Source of the DNA: Octopus vulgaris
Taxonomy: Eukaryota
Length of the DNA: 64,000 nt
Direction: 5' to 3'
NCBI GenBank assembly: GCA_951406725.2
Contig: OX597817.1
Coordinates: 27,714,001 to 27,778,000, forward strand
The notes under the pieces are model-generated. The model was not told where the DNA came from. It did not search any database and saw only the letters and a list, made by a program, of their open reading frames with translations. How positions within the stretch are numbered: the first letter of the stretch is position 1; each line of letters opens with the position of its first letter. Below are positions 39,091 through 50,864 of this stretch, one piece after another. Position numbers and translations under genes: made by a program.

Positions 39091-39664
39091 TTTATAATAC
39101 ATGCGTGTTTAGGCACAAAACGAATCAACAGCTAGATAGTATGCACAGGATTGCATATACTGAAGAAATGAGCGTATGAATATATGATGCGCGAGAGAGA
39201 TACAAAGATTTAGAATTGTAATTCACCTAAAAGCCAATTGTATATGAATATATTAGATTCTGTACGCTTTTCCGCCGTGGTTGGCTATGTATCCAAATTA
39301 CCGATCGCAGGTAATATTTCCTTTGATATACCCTGATAAAGAGTAGGTTCAGAGAAAATAAAAATGTCTGCCGCTCAAATGTGTGTTACGTAAAAGCATT
39401 TATTATACAGGGCACATCAGAATTTGCTTTAAGGTTTATCATTAGTTGAAGAATATGTCGTTAAGCTATGCAATTTATAATTACCATCAGCAATTAGTTG
39501 AGTATTTTCAATGGGTTTTAATCGTCTGAGACGAGTTGGTATATAATCCAAATTTCTTAGTCTTATTTCCAACGCCCACACGCACTGTTCGCATTGCACG
39601 CACACACGCATATACATACATACATACATACATATATACATATGTGTATTTAGGCGTAATGTAC

Positions 39665-39706
<42 letters not shown>

Positions 39707-40417
39707 CTGTGTGTGTGTGTGTGTGTGTGTGAGAGTGTTTATATATTTGTTGTGTGTATGTATGTATATTTACATATATATATTTGTATGTATGTATATG
39801 GGAAAAATAATGAGAAAAAATTGAAAATGCGTTAAGTATTTATACGTATATATTTTATTTCAATACAAGTTTATTTTTTTAACATAGGGCTAGACATTTT
39901 TTCCTGTATATTTATATATATGAAAATAAAGATAAAAAATATGTTTTCACATAACAAATATTTTTTTGTGTATTTTTTCACTAGGTGAGTTTTACACAAA
40001 CATAATAGACAAAAAAAAAAGAGAAAACATCATATGCTACTTAATAAGTTTTGTATACAAAAAAAAAAAAATTTCCGTGTAAAAAAGTTTTAGCAAATAT
40101 ATTTATTTTAGTGCGCGTTGTATATAAAGGTGTTTCTGTTTCAGAAGAAAAATCATATTTAGCAGATTCGGTCCCGGTTTTCACTGCTGTTCAGCTTATC
40201 AATGCGGATGTATGCGTGTATGTTTGATATGTGTGCCTACACAAATTCCTTATTCGTGCTACTGTTCGTAAGAACGGGAGAAAAGCTACTCAGCAACCAT
40301 TACTGCGTCTGTGCCGTCATCTCAGAAATAACCTATCTACTGTGCAAAAACGTTCCAAGTGAAAGATGAGGCTGTACTTCCTCTTTCATTGGTTAATACG
40401 TAAGTATTATATATGAA

Positions 40418-40802
40418 GTGGAGGCGGAATGTCCCAGTGGTTAAGGCAGCGGACTTGCGATCATAAGATCATGATTTCGATTTCCAGACCGGAAGCTGTG
40501 AGTGTTTATTGAGCGAAAACACCTAAAAGCTCCACGATTTCCGGTAAGGGGTGGTGGCGGACCCTGCTATATTCTTTCACCACAACTTTCTCTCACTCTT
40601 TCTTCTTATTTCTGTTGTACCTGTATTTCAAAGGGCCAGCCTTGTCGCACTCTGTGTCACGCTGAATCATCCCGAGAACTACGTTAAGGGAACACGTGTC
40701 TGGGGAGTGCTCAGCCATTTGCACGTTAATTTCACGAGCAGGCGGTTCCGTTGATCGGATCACCGGAAACCCTCGTCGTCGTAAGCGACGGAGTACCACG
40801 AC
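40418..40802 (+). mobile_element. tRNA-derived SINE, family C (~385 bp)
   Basis: tRNA-like head GGAGGCGGAATGTCCCAGTGGTTAAGGCAGCGGACTTGCG...ATTTCGATTTCC with A/B-box remnants and a GC-richer body, bounded by TA-rich repeats. Confidence 0.7.
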
Positions 40803-41450
40803 GATATATAAAGTACACGCAAGAACTCACACACATATAGGTATATATATATGAATATATACATATATATATATATATGAATATATATATATATATACAT
40901 ATATACAGATGCGTATGTATCTCTGTGTACATACATATATACATGTGTATGTGTGTGTGTACATACGTACGCATACGTATAGGTATACACACAAGACAAT
41001 CAGATATATACGCACGGACAGGCTACCATTGTTTGTCCATGCATGATATTGCCCACTCGACAATTCGTGAAATGACAACATCTAGGAGAGAGAACTCTGG
41101 TATAATATACAAAAGGCAAAATTGATAAGAGAACATCAAGACAAGCGCCGTAGTGAAAATCGATTTGACGAGATTAAATCGGGCAATCCTACATTCCTCA
41201 ACAGCAACAGTAAGAGAAAGAAGTTTAACTCTATTATGAACTACATCGACAGTCAAACATGAAAATACGAAAACACTCATTAACTTCAATGTTATAAGTA
41301 AAAATAGCAATGTGTTGATGAGGTACTGAGCTAAATGTTATAAAACACGTAGACAATAGCTAGAGATCTGAATAGCTTCTCTTTAAATCAATAAGCAATT
41401 ATTCTCAGCTTCTGGGACTGGGGTCGGCCTCGAATTATGGTAACTTTCTT

Positions 41451-41873
41451 AATACCTATTTCTTTATTACCCACAAGGTGCTAAACATAGAGGGGACAAA
41501 CAAGGACATACATAGGTATTAAGTCGATTACATCGACCCCAGTGCGTAAATGTTACTTAATTTAGCGACCCCGAAAGGATGAAAGGCAAAGTCAACCTCG
41601 GCGGAATTTGAACTCACAACGTAACGACAAGTGAAATACCTATTTCTTTATTACCCACAAGGGGCTAAACACAGAGGGGACAAACAAGGACAGACATAGG
41701 TATTAAGTCGATTACATCGACCCCAGTTCGTAACTGGTACTTAATTTATCGACCCCGAAAGGATGAAAGGCAAAGTCAACCTCGGCGGAATTTGAACTCA
41801 CAACGTAGCGACAAGCGAAATACCGTTAAGCATTTCGCCCGGTGTGCTAACGTTTCTGCCAGCTCTCCGCCTA
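41451..41873 (-). mobile_element. Family A SINE head-to-tail dimer (one head, two bodies; period 184 bp)
   Basis: Junction GAAATACC|TATTTC at 41640/41641. Confidence 0.92.
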
Positions 41874-43221
41874 CCATTTAGAATTGGTTGTAGCGCCCCT
41901 CAGCGTAACGCTGATTTCTCTCATTCTGCTTCTCGCACTTCTTCAAGAGGATTATAGACATCAGAGGAATCAGTATTGTTTCGGAAAGATCTGGATTTCT
42001 AAATATGTTAAGACAATCATCTTAGACTGGAACATCTACGTTCGTGGGATTCCAACCCGACTGAAACAACGGGGTCGGATTTCTTCAGCCAAGTAGAATC
42101 ATTCCTGGTATAACCTTCCTCCTTCGTGCTTGTGTAGGGCTGGAAAAAACATTTTATCCACACGGTATCCGGTAGGAACCCAGATAATTTGCTGGATGTA
42201 TCCGCACAGAGTCACCTTACATGTAGTTTCTGATAGTGCATGTTGCTGAATAAATACTGAATAGTTTTACAAATTCAATGTCATTTTAGGGCCGTGTGAA
42301 TGTGGACGCGTTACACTGATTGTGTTTTAAAGTCTTCTGCTTTATTCCTGAGATTTGATATTTTTAATTGAAGGTAGGAAGCTGCAAAAAGATTTCAGTT
42401 ACAATTGTAAGCATGGCATTCACTCAGGTGGTAATAAAAGGGGCTACCATAAAAGTGAATGCAATTCCTACGCGCAAAAAAAAAAAAAAAATTTCAGTTA
42501 TTAAAAACAAACAGAAACGAAAGGCAATGAATTTCATTCAACAAATTTTGACTATAAAGAATTTTTCAAAACAATCGTTGCATGTTTTACTTTTTTTTTT
42601 TTCAGTATGGTAACTTTCAAAGAATCTCTGGACATAAGGCAGTTCTATCGAAAAATATGAGAAGAGGATCAAAGATATCGTTTTCTAAGAGAAATGATAC
42701 CTTAAAAATTTAACATAAACGTAATTTTAAGAGACAAAGCAGAAAAATAAAATAACGAATTTTATATTAACAGGAAAACAACATTAGGGTATTTAAAAAT
42801 ATCAATTTCAATAATTGAAATGATAAAGATTTCAAACTCTGGCCGAGGCCAGCAGTTTTCGAGGAGAGAGTTACATTTATCACCACTTCGACTCTAACAC
42901 TTAACTGGTACTTATTTTATCCAGCCCTACCGGTTGAAAGACAAATCCGACCCTGGTGGAATATGAGTTAAGAACACAAAGGCTGGCAAAATACTACTAA
43001 ACATTTTGCTTCGTGTGCTAATGTATCTGCCAGCTCGCTTCCTTAACCTGTCCATGATGATATTGGTTTCAAAGTTTGGCATAAGGCCAGCAGTTTCGGA
43101 GCAGCAGTACCACAGTCAATTACATATACCCCTGTGCTTAACTGCTATTTATTTTATCAACCCCCGAAAGGCATTAAAGATAAAGTCGTCCGCGGCGGAA
43201 TTTGAATTCAGAACATCAAGA

Positions 43222-43655
43222 CGGCATAAACGTTAGCCGGGCGAAAGGCTCAGTGGTATTTCGCCGGTCTGGCGAGCTGGCAGAAACGTTAGCACGCCGG
43301 GTGACATGCGTAGCCGTATCTCGTCTGCCGTTACGTTCTGAGTTCCAATTCCGCCAAGGTCGACTTTGCCTTTCATCCTTTCGGGGTCGATAAATTAAGT
43401 ACCAGTTACGCACTGGGGTCGATATAATCGACTTAATCCGTTTGTTTGTCCTTGTTTGTCCCCTCTGTGTTTAGCCCCTTGTGGGTAGTAAAGAAATAGG
43501 TATTTCGCCGGCCTTTACCTTCCGACCAGGTCGACTTTGCTTTCCATCATTTCTAAGTCGATAAATTAAGTGCCAGTTGCGTGCTCGAGTCGATCTAATC
43601 GACTGGCCTGCTACCCCAAAATTTCGGCCCTTGTGCCTAATGTAGAAAAGAATAT
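43222..43655 (+). mobile_element. Full-length family A SINE (43268-43498) nested in an older family A copy
   Basis: 13-bp TSD GGTATTTCGCCGG at 43255-43267 and 43499-43511. Confidence 0.9.
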
Positions 43656-43729
43656 TAACAACAGATACATATTTCCCTCAAAGTAAACAAGTTCATTTAA
43701 TGAATGAAAGTGTTGTGCTGAGTGAAATA

Positions 43730-43960
43730 TAATAAGACACTTGGCAAGCTTTTCGACCTTAGCTACAATGTGGAACATGTATGATGTATCATAATGTTGT
43801 AGGAATGTGTGACTGGAGTGAACACTCTCCCGCCTGAAGCCTATATCTTGGAGCGATCAATACATATAACACTATAACCGCATTTATAAGAGGAAAATTC
43901 ATTTATCCGTTCAAACTAACAACAGGGAGTAGGTCTGGCCATGGGTGCAGCTAATTTTGA
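43730..43960 (+). pseudogene. Possible highly degraded LINE RT fragment
   Basis: Remnants resembling D..KAFD (TTGGCAAGCTTTTCGAC) and IRGKFIYPFKLTTG(VRQG). Weak. Confidence 0.3.
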
Positions 43961-44201
43961 ATGCCTGGTTTTCAAACTTGCACACAAGTCCAAGAAGAAA
44001 GGAGAAATATTGTCATATACATGCCTTAACATTAATGGCAGAGCATATACAGCGACGCAGCATCAGGCTTAAGGTGAATAACAGGCCCCATGATGTGATA
44101 TATTACAGCCAGGAAGCTAGGATGCCCTTGGATGAATACCATTGATGGTGATCTGTTCGACACCAGAAATTCATACGGATTCACGCTCAGTAATTCTTCA
44201 C

Positions 44202-44267
<66 letters not shown>

Positions 44268-44288
44268 TGTGTGTGTGCGTGTGTGTGT

Positions 44289-44504
44289 AAGGTGGCGAGC
44301 AGGCAGAAACGTTAGCACGCCAGGCGAAATGCTTAGCAGTATTTCGTCAGTCTTTACGTTCTGAGTTCAAATTCCGCCGAGGGCGAGGTTGCCTTTCAGC
44401 CCTTCGGGGTCGATAAATTAAGTACCAGTTGCGTACTGGGATCGATCTAATCGACTGCTTCCCCTCCACAAAAATTTCGGGCCTTGTACCTAGACTAAAA
44501 AAGA
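44289..44504 (+). mobile_element. Family A SINE (short tail) inside a (GT)n tract
   Basis: Full head, central block and tail visible; (GT)n on both sides. Confidence 0.9.
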
Positions 44505-44552
<48 letters not shown>

Positions 44553-44775
44553 ATGTGTATGTATTTCATTGTGTGTATGTGTGTATGTAATGTAATTAAA
44601 ATATATATAAACAGGGTATATTTAGCTCTTTCCTCGTGGATTGAAGGATCAATAAACAGCTTTAATCCCTTTTGGAATCTTATTGGATTGGGGCGTCTAC
44701 AACACTTTGGTCAATCCCATGTATATATGTATGTATGCCTGCTTGTATATTTGTTTATAGACATGCATGTGCGTC

Positions 44776-44810
<35 letters not shown>

Positions 44811-44822
44811 AAAACAATTTTA

Positions 44823-44883
<61 letters not shown>

Positions 44884-45154
44884 CATGCATATAACTAACA
44901 ATAGGCGATCGTTATTCTGACATTGGAGAGATGAGCAGTGTGTTTGTGTATATATGCTTGTATGTATTTAAGATCAGCTATACAAGATTTATCTAGCACA
45001 GCTTAATACAAGACACACTTAGATATAGAGAGATTTTGTATTTATTGAATAACAGATATCCAAACTGAGGTGCATATACATTCTGAAAATACACAACCGC
45101 ATATATAAGCATAAATGAATATATCTATTTATCTAACTACTTATATATTCATCA

Positions 45155-45219
<65 letters not shown>

Positions 45220-45365
45220 GGGCGACTGTTTGTGCGTGTGCATGTACATGCATACACACACACATTTCCATGAATATATATGACTGTATATATACATTTA
45301 TAGATCTGTGTGTATACTCAAAATACATATCTGTCACAGTAGGTATATGTATGTTTGTGTGCGTG

Positions 45366-45437
<72 letters not shown>

Positions 45438-45598
45438 TGTGTCTGTGTGTGTAAGCATGTATGTATGTAAGTATGCATGCATGTATGCGCACGTACGTAT
45501 ATTTACATAGCTATATATGTGCTTACGTATGTGTGTGCGTGCATGTTTGTGGTATGTGAATGTGTAATAGTTTGCATGTGCTCGTAAGTATTGAATAG

Positions 45599-45644
<46 letters not shown>

Positions 45645-46074
45645 AACTTAATGAATTGAGTTATCACTTATATTTGTCTGCATTCATATTGGGCATGTTT
45701 ATATAATTCACTTTTGTTGTACCGTATTCAAATATAGCGTGATAAATATAAACTTCACGTATCCGAAGCTTTTGAACTTTCATTGGAATTGTTTGTAATT
45801 CGGTCTTTGTTCGTATTTATATAAGATTAATATATTTAAACATTTCTGAACACATTTCGTTTCATCTTTTAGCCTTCATTCTCTGTACTCTAACTGCTTC
45901 TCTGACATGATTATGGCATTCTAATACTCACATTGTCTCATTTCTTGCTTTTTATCTCTCATGTATCAAAGTGTTCATAGGAGCCAACTTGTATGAATTA
46001 CATCATGCTGTGATTCTCAAGCATTTATATTTTATCTAAGGGTTAAAGGTACCGAAACGTTTTAGTACGTAGCC

Positions 46075-46145
<71 letters not shown>

Positions 46146-46306
46146 TAAATGTGTGTTTTTATGTATGTATATATATATGTGTGTGTGTACGTATAGTGAT
46201 ATTGATATATTTATATATATATATATGCATATATACATACATATACATATATATATATATATATATATTATTTATATTAGTATATACACGTATATATATA
46301 TTTGTG

Positions 46307-46351
<45 letters not shown>

Positions 46352-48396
46352 TAGTATATACACGCATATATATTTGTAAATATATATATATATATATACT
46401 TATTAGGTTTTGCAAAAAAATGTACTTTATACAGTCAAATATTTGCAACAATAAACAGTAACAAAATTTTCTTAAAAGCTATTGTCTATTAAAAAATATC
46501 TTTGAAAAAACAGAATGAAACGAAGCTTTTGTAGTGTGTTTCAGCGCTTTCGTTCATCAGGTTTTGGGAATTCACATGTTAAGGGAGTAACAAGAGTATT
46601 TCAAAATTTTTATAAATTTCGAGCAGTAAATTAACTTATAGAAGGAAGAAAGGGATATTTAGATTGTCTAGATCAGTATCGCGTCCGGGTGCAGTCTTTC
46701 TGCTAGTATGTATATATATATAAAAAGGGATATATATATATATAGTTTGTTATGCGCTTATTTATTGATGTAGCCTTATTTTCATTTAGACATATAATGA
46801 ATGTCGTATGACTTAGTGTTGCATATGAGAGACGAAAATCTACAATGAGAAGAAACTGAGCAGTTCTTTCTAGAGGAAATTATGCCCCGGAACTATAGTT
46901 GCTTTCCAAATGTTTTTACCCTGTTAGTAATAAAGGGGCTCATTGTCTTTTGTGGAACAAATACTGCAGGCATGAAAAACGCCGTCTGCTACAACTGTAT
47001 ACTATTTGACATAATAGTATTTGTAAATGAACATACACTGATTTGAGACCGTAAACCGGAGGGAAGGAACTTGGGGAAACATTTTTGCTTTCGATGCATC
47101 AGAGTAATGTATGACTTTGTGTCGAGTATAATGAGCTACTTTAGGTGTTTCTCCTCCTATTTCACGACTGATACTTTTAGATATCATGATGAAATATCGA
47201 ATATTTTTAATGGTAATCGCAAAGAAAAACGTATGCACGAATGAAATATAATCTAGCCAGAACAACGAGTATGTATATTCTCAAATTTTCAGATTGTACC
47301 AACAAGCGTGATATCTGTTTATTTACAAGCTCAGGTGGCGGAGGATATATCAGACATGAAAATATGCTGTTTGTAGCACTAATGAGACGTTTAGTTATAC
47401 ATGAATGCTACTAACTGTACTGAAACGGAAAAGCGAGTGAGAAAGAATAAATTGTTAAGAGAGAATTAGAGAAATTGCATAGTTACTGAATTAAAGCTTT
47501 AGTGAATTAACTGCAGATTTTTTTATCTATTTGTTTGCAGAACCATTGATGTATGTAATCATAATTCATGTAATGCATTTACTGTAAAATATTAGTATAG
47601 ACACAGCAAGTTGCTTAATCATTTGCTGAAAATCAGGTTGTGATAAAACGATAAGAAAACACCAGCAAAGAATTGTACAGGTAACATATTCCACAGAAAT
47701 AGAAGAGAAAGAAATAATCTCAATATATTCTCAATGGAAAATTTTAGATCATGCGATTAAGATATTGGAAGCTTCCTCTAAGATAGTAATTGAATATTGT
47801 GTTATCCATGTGTGGATGGATGCAAACGCAACTACCCTTAAATGATGCTAGCATACTAATATCAGTAATTTGTTTTGTTTTAATTTTTAGTTCTGACTGA
47901 ATGAATGAAGTTGGCCTGCCCACTAGTGCCAAAAAGGATTATATTTAGTTTACATAAGAATAAATCAAGGTTACCGAATTTGAAATTAGTCGAATATTAC
48001 GGTAATATATGTAATAGATGCTGTGATATATGTATATATATATATATATATATTTAACTTTACAGTACCATTAGAACTACATGTGTGTACATGTGTATAT
48101 GCCTTTCCTTTGTTCCAATCATTGGATTATGGCCATGTTAGGGCAACGCCTAGAAGGATTTTAGTCGAACGAGTCGACTTTATTATTCAATTCATTTAAA
48201 GCTTGGTACCTAATCTGTCATTCTCTTTATGTAGAATCAATAGATACAGGGACGTAAACATCGGTTGTCAAGCGGTTTTCAGAAAAAAAACACATATGTA
48301 TACATACATACATACATACATATGGTTACCCTGAGTTTCTTCCCATAACTATGGTCTCTTTAGAATATTTGAAACAGATCATAGGACAACAGGTCT

Positions 48397-48456
48397 TAGG
48401 GTCTGAAGATACGCCATAAAGGTACCTTTTATGGTGAGAAACCCACGGTAGCTCTA
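48397..48456 (+). ncRNA. Type I hammerhead ribozyme, intact core, in a ~225-bp module (48322-48545) between microsatellites
   Basis: TAGGGT-CTGAAGA-T(A)CGCCATAAAG...TTTTATGGTG-A-GAAA-CC-CAC-GG-TA-GCTCTA: 6-bp stem I with two wobbles, ~11-bp stem II. Confidence 0.78.
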
Positions 48457-48540
48457 TAAACCGGCCTTCACAAGTAATTAATATAGATTGCTCTACTTCT
48501 TAGAGTGTGCTTCTTCTCCGGATTTACTTTTTCTAAAAAC

Positions 48541-48612
<72 letters not shown>

Positions 48613-48617
48613 TAGAG

Positions 48618-48674
<57 letters not shown>

Positions 48675-50085
48675 CAGATATAGATATAAATATAGATATA
48701 TATATATAAAATTTAAAATGGTGGCTTATAACAATTAGAACTTAAAAGCAAAATATATTTATGTATATATATATACGACAGCTTTCAGTTTGTGCATAAT
48801 TAAGCACCAAACATGGTATCAAAAAGAGATTTTACAGTCACAGTTTGCGTCGCATGATATATTTCGACTAAAATATAAATGCCAATATCATTAGTCACAT
48901 GGTAAGGCGGCGAGCAGGCAGAATTGTTACGCCCCGGACAAAATGCATAGCAACATTTTCCGTTTTTACGTTTTGAGTACAAATTCCACCAAGGTCGGCT
49001 TTGCCTTTTATCATAACGGAGTCAACAAAATAAGCACCTGTTGAGTGCTGGAGTGGGCCACTTTTGGTAAGCAGAACTGGTGATGTGAGAAATTGTTGGT
49101 CTTGTGCCAGAATTTGAAACAATTATTTGTAAGCTGGTAAGTCTCCGTCAACGAAAATGATTCGAAAGAAGAGATAAAGAAACTTTGGTGCCCTGCAATT
49201 GAGAGAAGAATCAAGAATGCTGCGTTTATTCTTTTCTATTCTATACGGTCGATAAAATAGGTAACTATAAATATGATAGAATCGACTCTCGTTATATTTC
49301 TTCTGATAATATCTTTTACAAATCCCAAGCCGATGGCTATAGTGAAACATAGTATACATGCTGAAAATGATAGCAAAGATTTATGGATATGTATCTAAAC
49401 CTTTCATCCATCATTGGCCACGAACCGATAAACTCATAACCTCATGTTTCTAATCCGAATAATTATTACAATTCAAAAACTGCGAAAGAAAGAAACTAAT
49501 GTTAACTACTTACGTTCATGATATCAAAGACAGTTTTAGAGATACACATAACATTCTCATTGTTAAATACGTAATAAAAGCATTGAAAAGAGGTTATTTT
49601 CACGACGCAGGTCGTCTGTAGATAAAATCTAAAGTGAAACTATTTTTAAAGTCTTGATATTTGATAGATTTAGGAAAGCACTTGGATACGAAAAATTATC
49701 ATAATTCTATAATTGATTCATACTATTTTTGCAATCTTATGACATACTTGTTTCACTCACTACACTGCGGCCATGCCGGGGCACTGTCTTGAAGTGGTTT
49801 AGTCGAACATATCAGCTCAGTTCTTAAATATGGTGGCACCGGGAACCAGACAAATATTTCGACTCAGCAGATGATTAGTAACTTGCTTCGTCAAACTAAA
49901 AGAGATAAAAAATATATTTGACTTAATCGGGACTTGAAATCAGAATTTCATATCCTGAACATATACAGAAATATATCAGTTTTACCTAACTGGAATAGTC
50001 CGGGACAACTCTAATTTTACTGGAACTGTATAGTTATAAGCTACAAGGTGATACACAGGTATTTAGCTATGAGTGCATTGCATAT

Positions 50086-50864
50086 TCTTTTCTACTCTAG
50101 GCACAAGGCCCTAATTTTTTTGAGGAGGGAGCTAGTCGATTATCGACCCCAGTACGCAACTGGTACTTAATTTATCGAGCCCGAAGGGATGAAAGGCAAA
50201 GTCGACCTCGGTAGTATTTGAACTCAGAGCGTAGCAGCAGACGAAATACCTATTTCTTTCCTACCCACAAGGGGCTAAACACAGAGAGGACAAACAAGGA
50301 CAGACAAACGGATTAAGTCGATTATATCGACCCCAGTGCGTAACTGGTAATTATTTAATCGATCCCGTAAGGATGAAAGGCAAAGTTGACCTCGGCGGAA
50401 TTTGAACTCAGAACGTAGCGGCAGACGCATTTCGCCCGTGATGCTAAAGTTTCTTATTTCCTTATTGCCTACCAGGGGCTACACAGAGGGGACAAACAAG
50501 GACAAACAGATTAAGTCAATTATATCGACCCCAGGGCGTAACTGGTACTTATTTAATCGACCCCGAAAGGATGAAAAGCAAAGTCGACCTCGGCGGAATT
50601 TGAACTCAGAAAGTAACGGCAGACGAAATACCTATTTCTTTACTACCCACAAGTGGCTAAGCATAGAGAGGACAAACAAGGACAGACAAACGTATTAAGT
50701 CGATTATATCGACCCCAGTGTGTAACTGATACTTAATTAATCAACCCCGAAAGGATGAAAGGCAAAGTCGACGTCGGCGGAATTTGAACTCAGAACAAGA
50801 CGGTAGAAAAATACCGCTAAGTATTTCACCTGGCGTGCTAACATTTCTGCCAGCTTGCTGCCTT
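50086..50864 (-). mobile_element. Family A SINE tetramer inside one target-site duplication
   Basis: Four central blocks; 14-bp TSD AGTGCATTGCATAT at 50072-50085 and 50865-50878. Confidence 0.92.

Noticed and set aside
40418-40495. tRNA gene
   Set aside because: Degenerate cloverleaf that runs into a SINE body; the same applies to all family A and B heads.
42020-42095. Minus-strand CTGAAGA plus 8-bp stem (AATCCGAC/GTCGGGTT)
   Set aside because: Followed by GGAA rather than GAAA, and stems I/III need an assumed deletion; at best a decayed hammerhead.
46525-46566. Minus-strand CTGATGA-ACGAAAGCGCT-GAAA
   Set aside because: No stem I or stem III pairing. Similar partial hits at ~2517, 16820 and 62142 rejected likewise.
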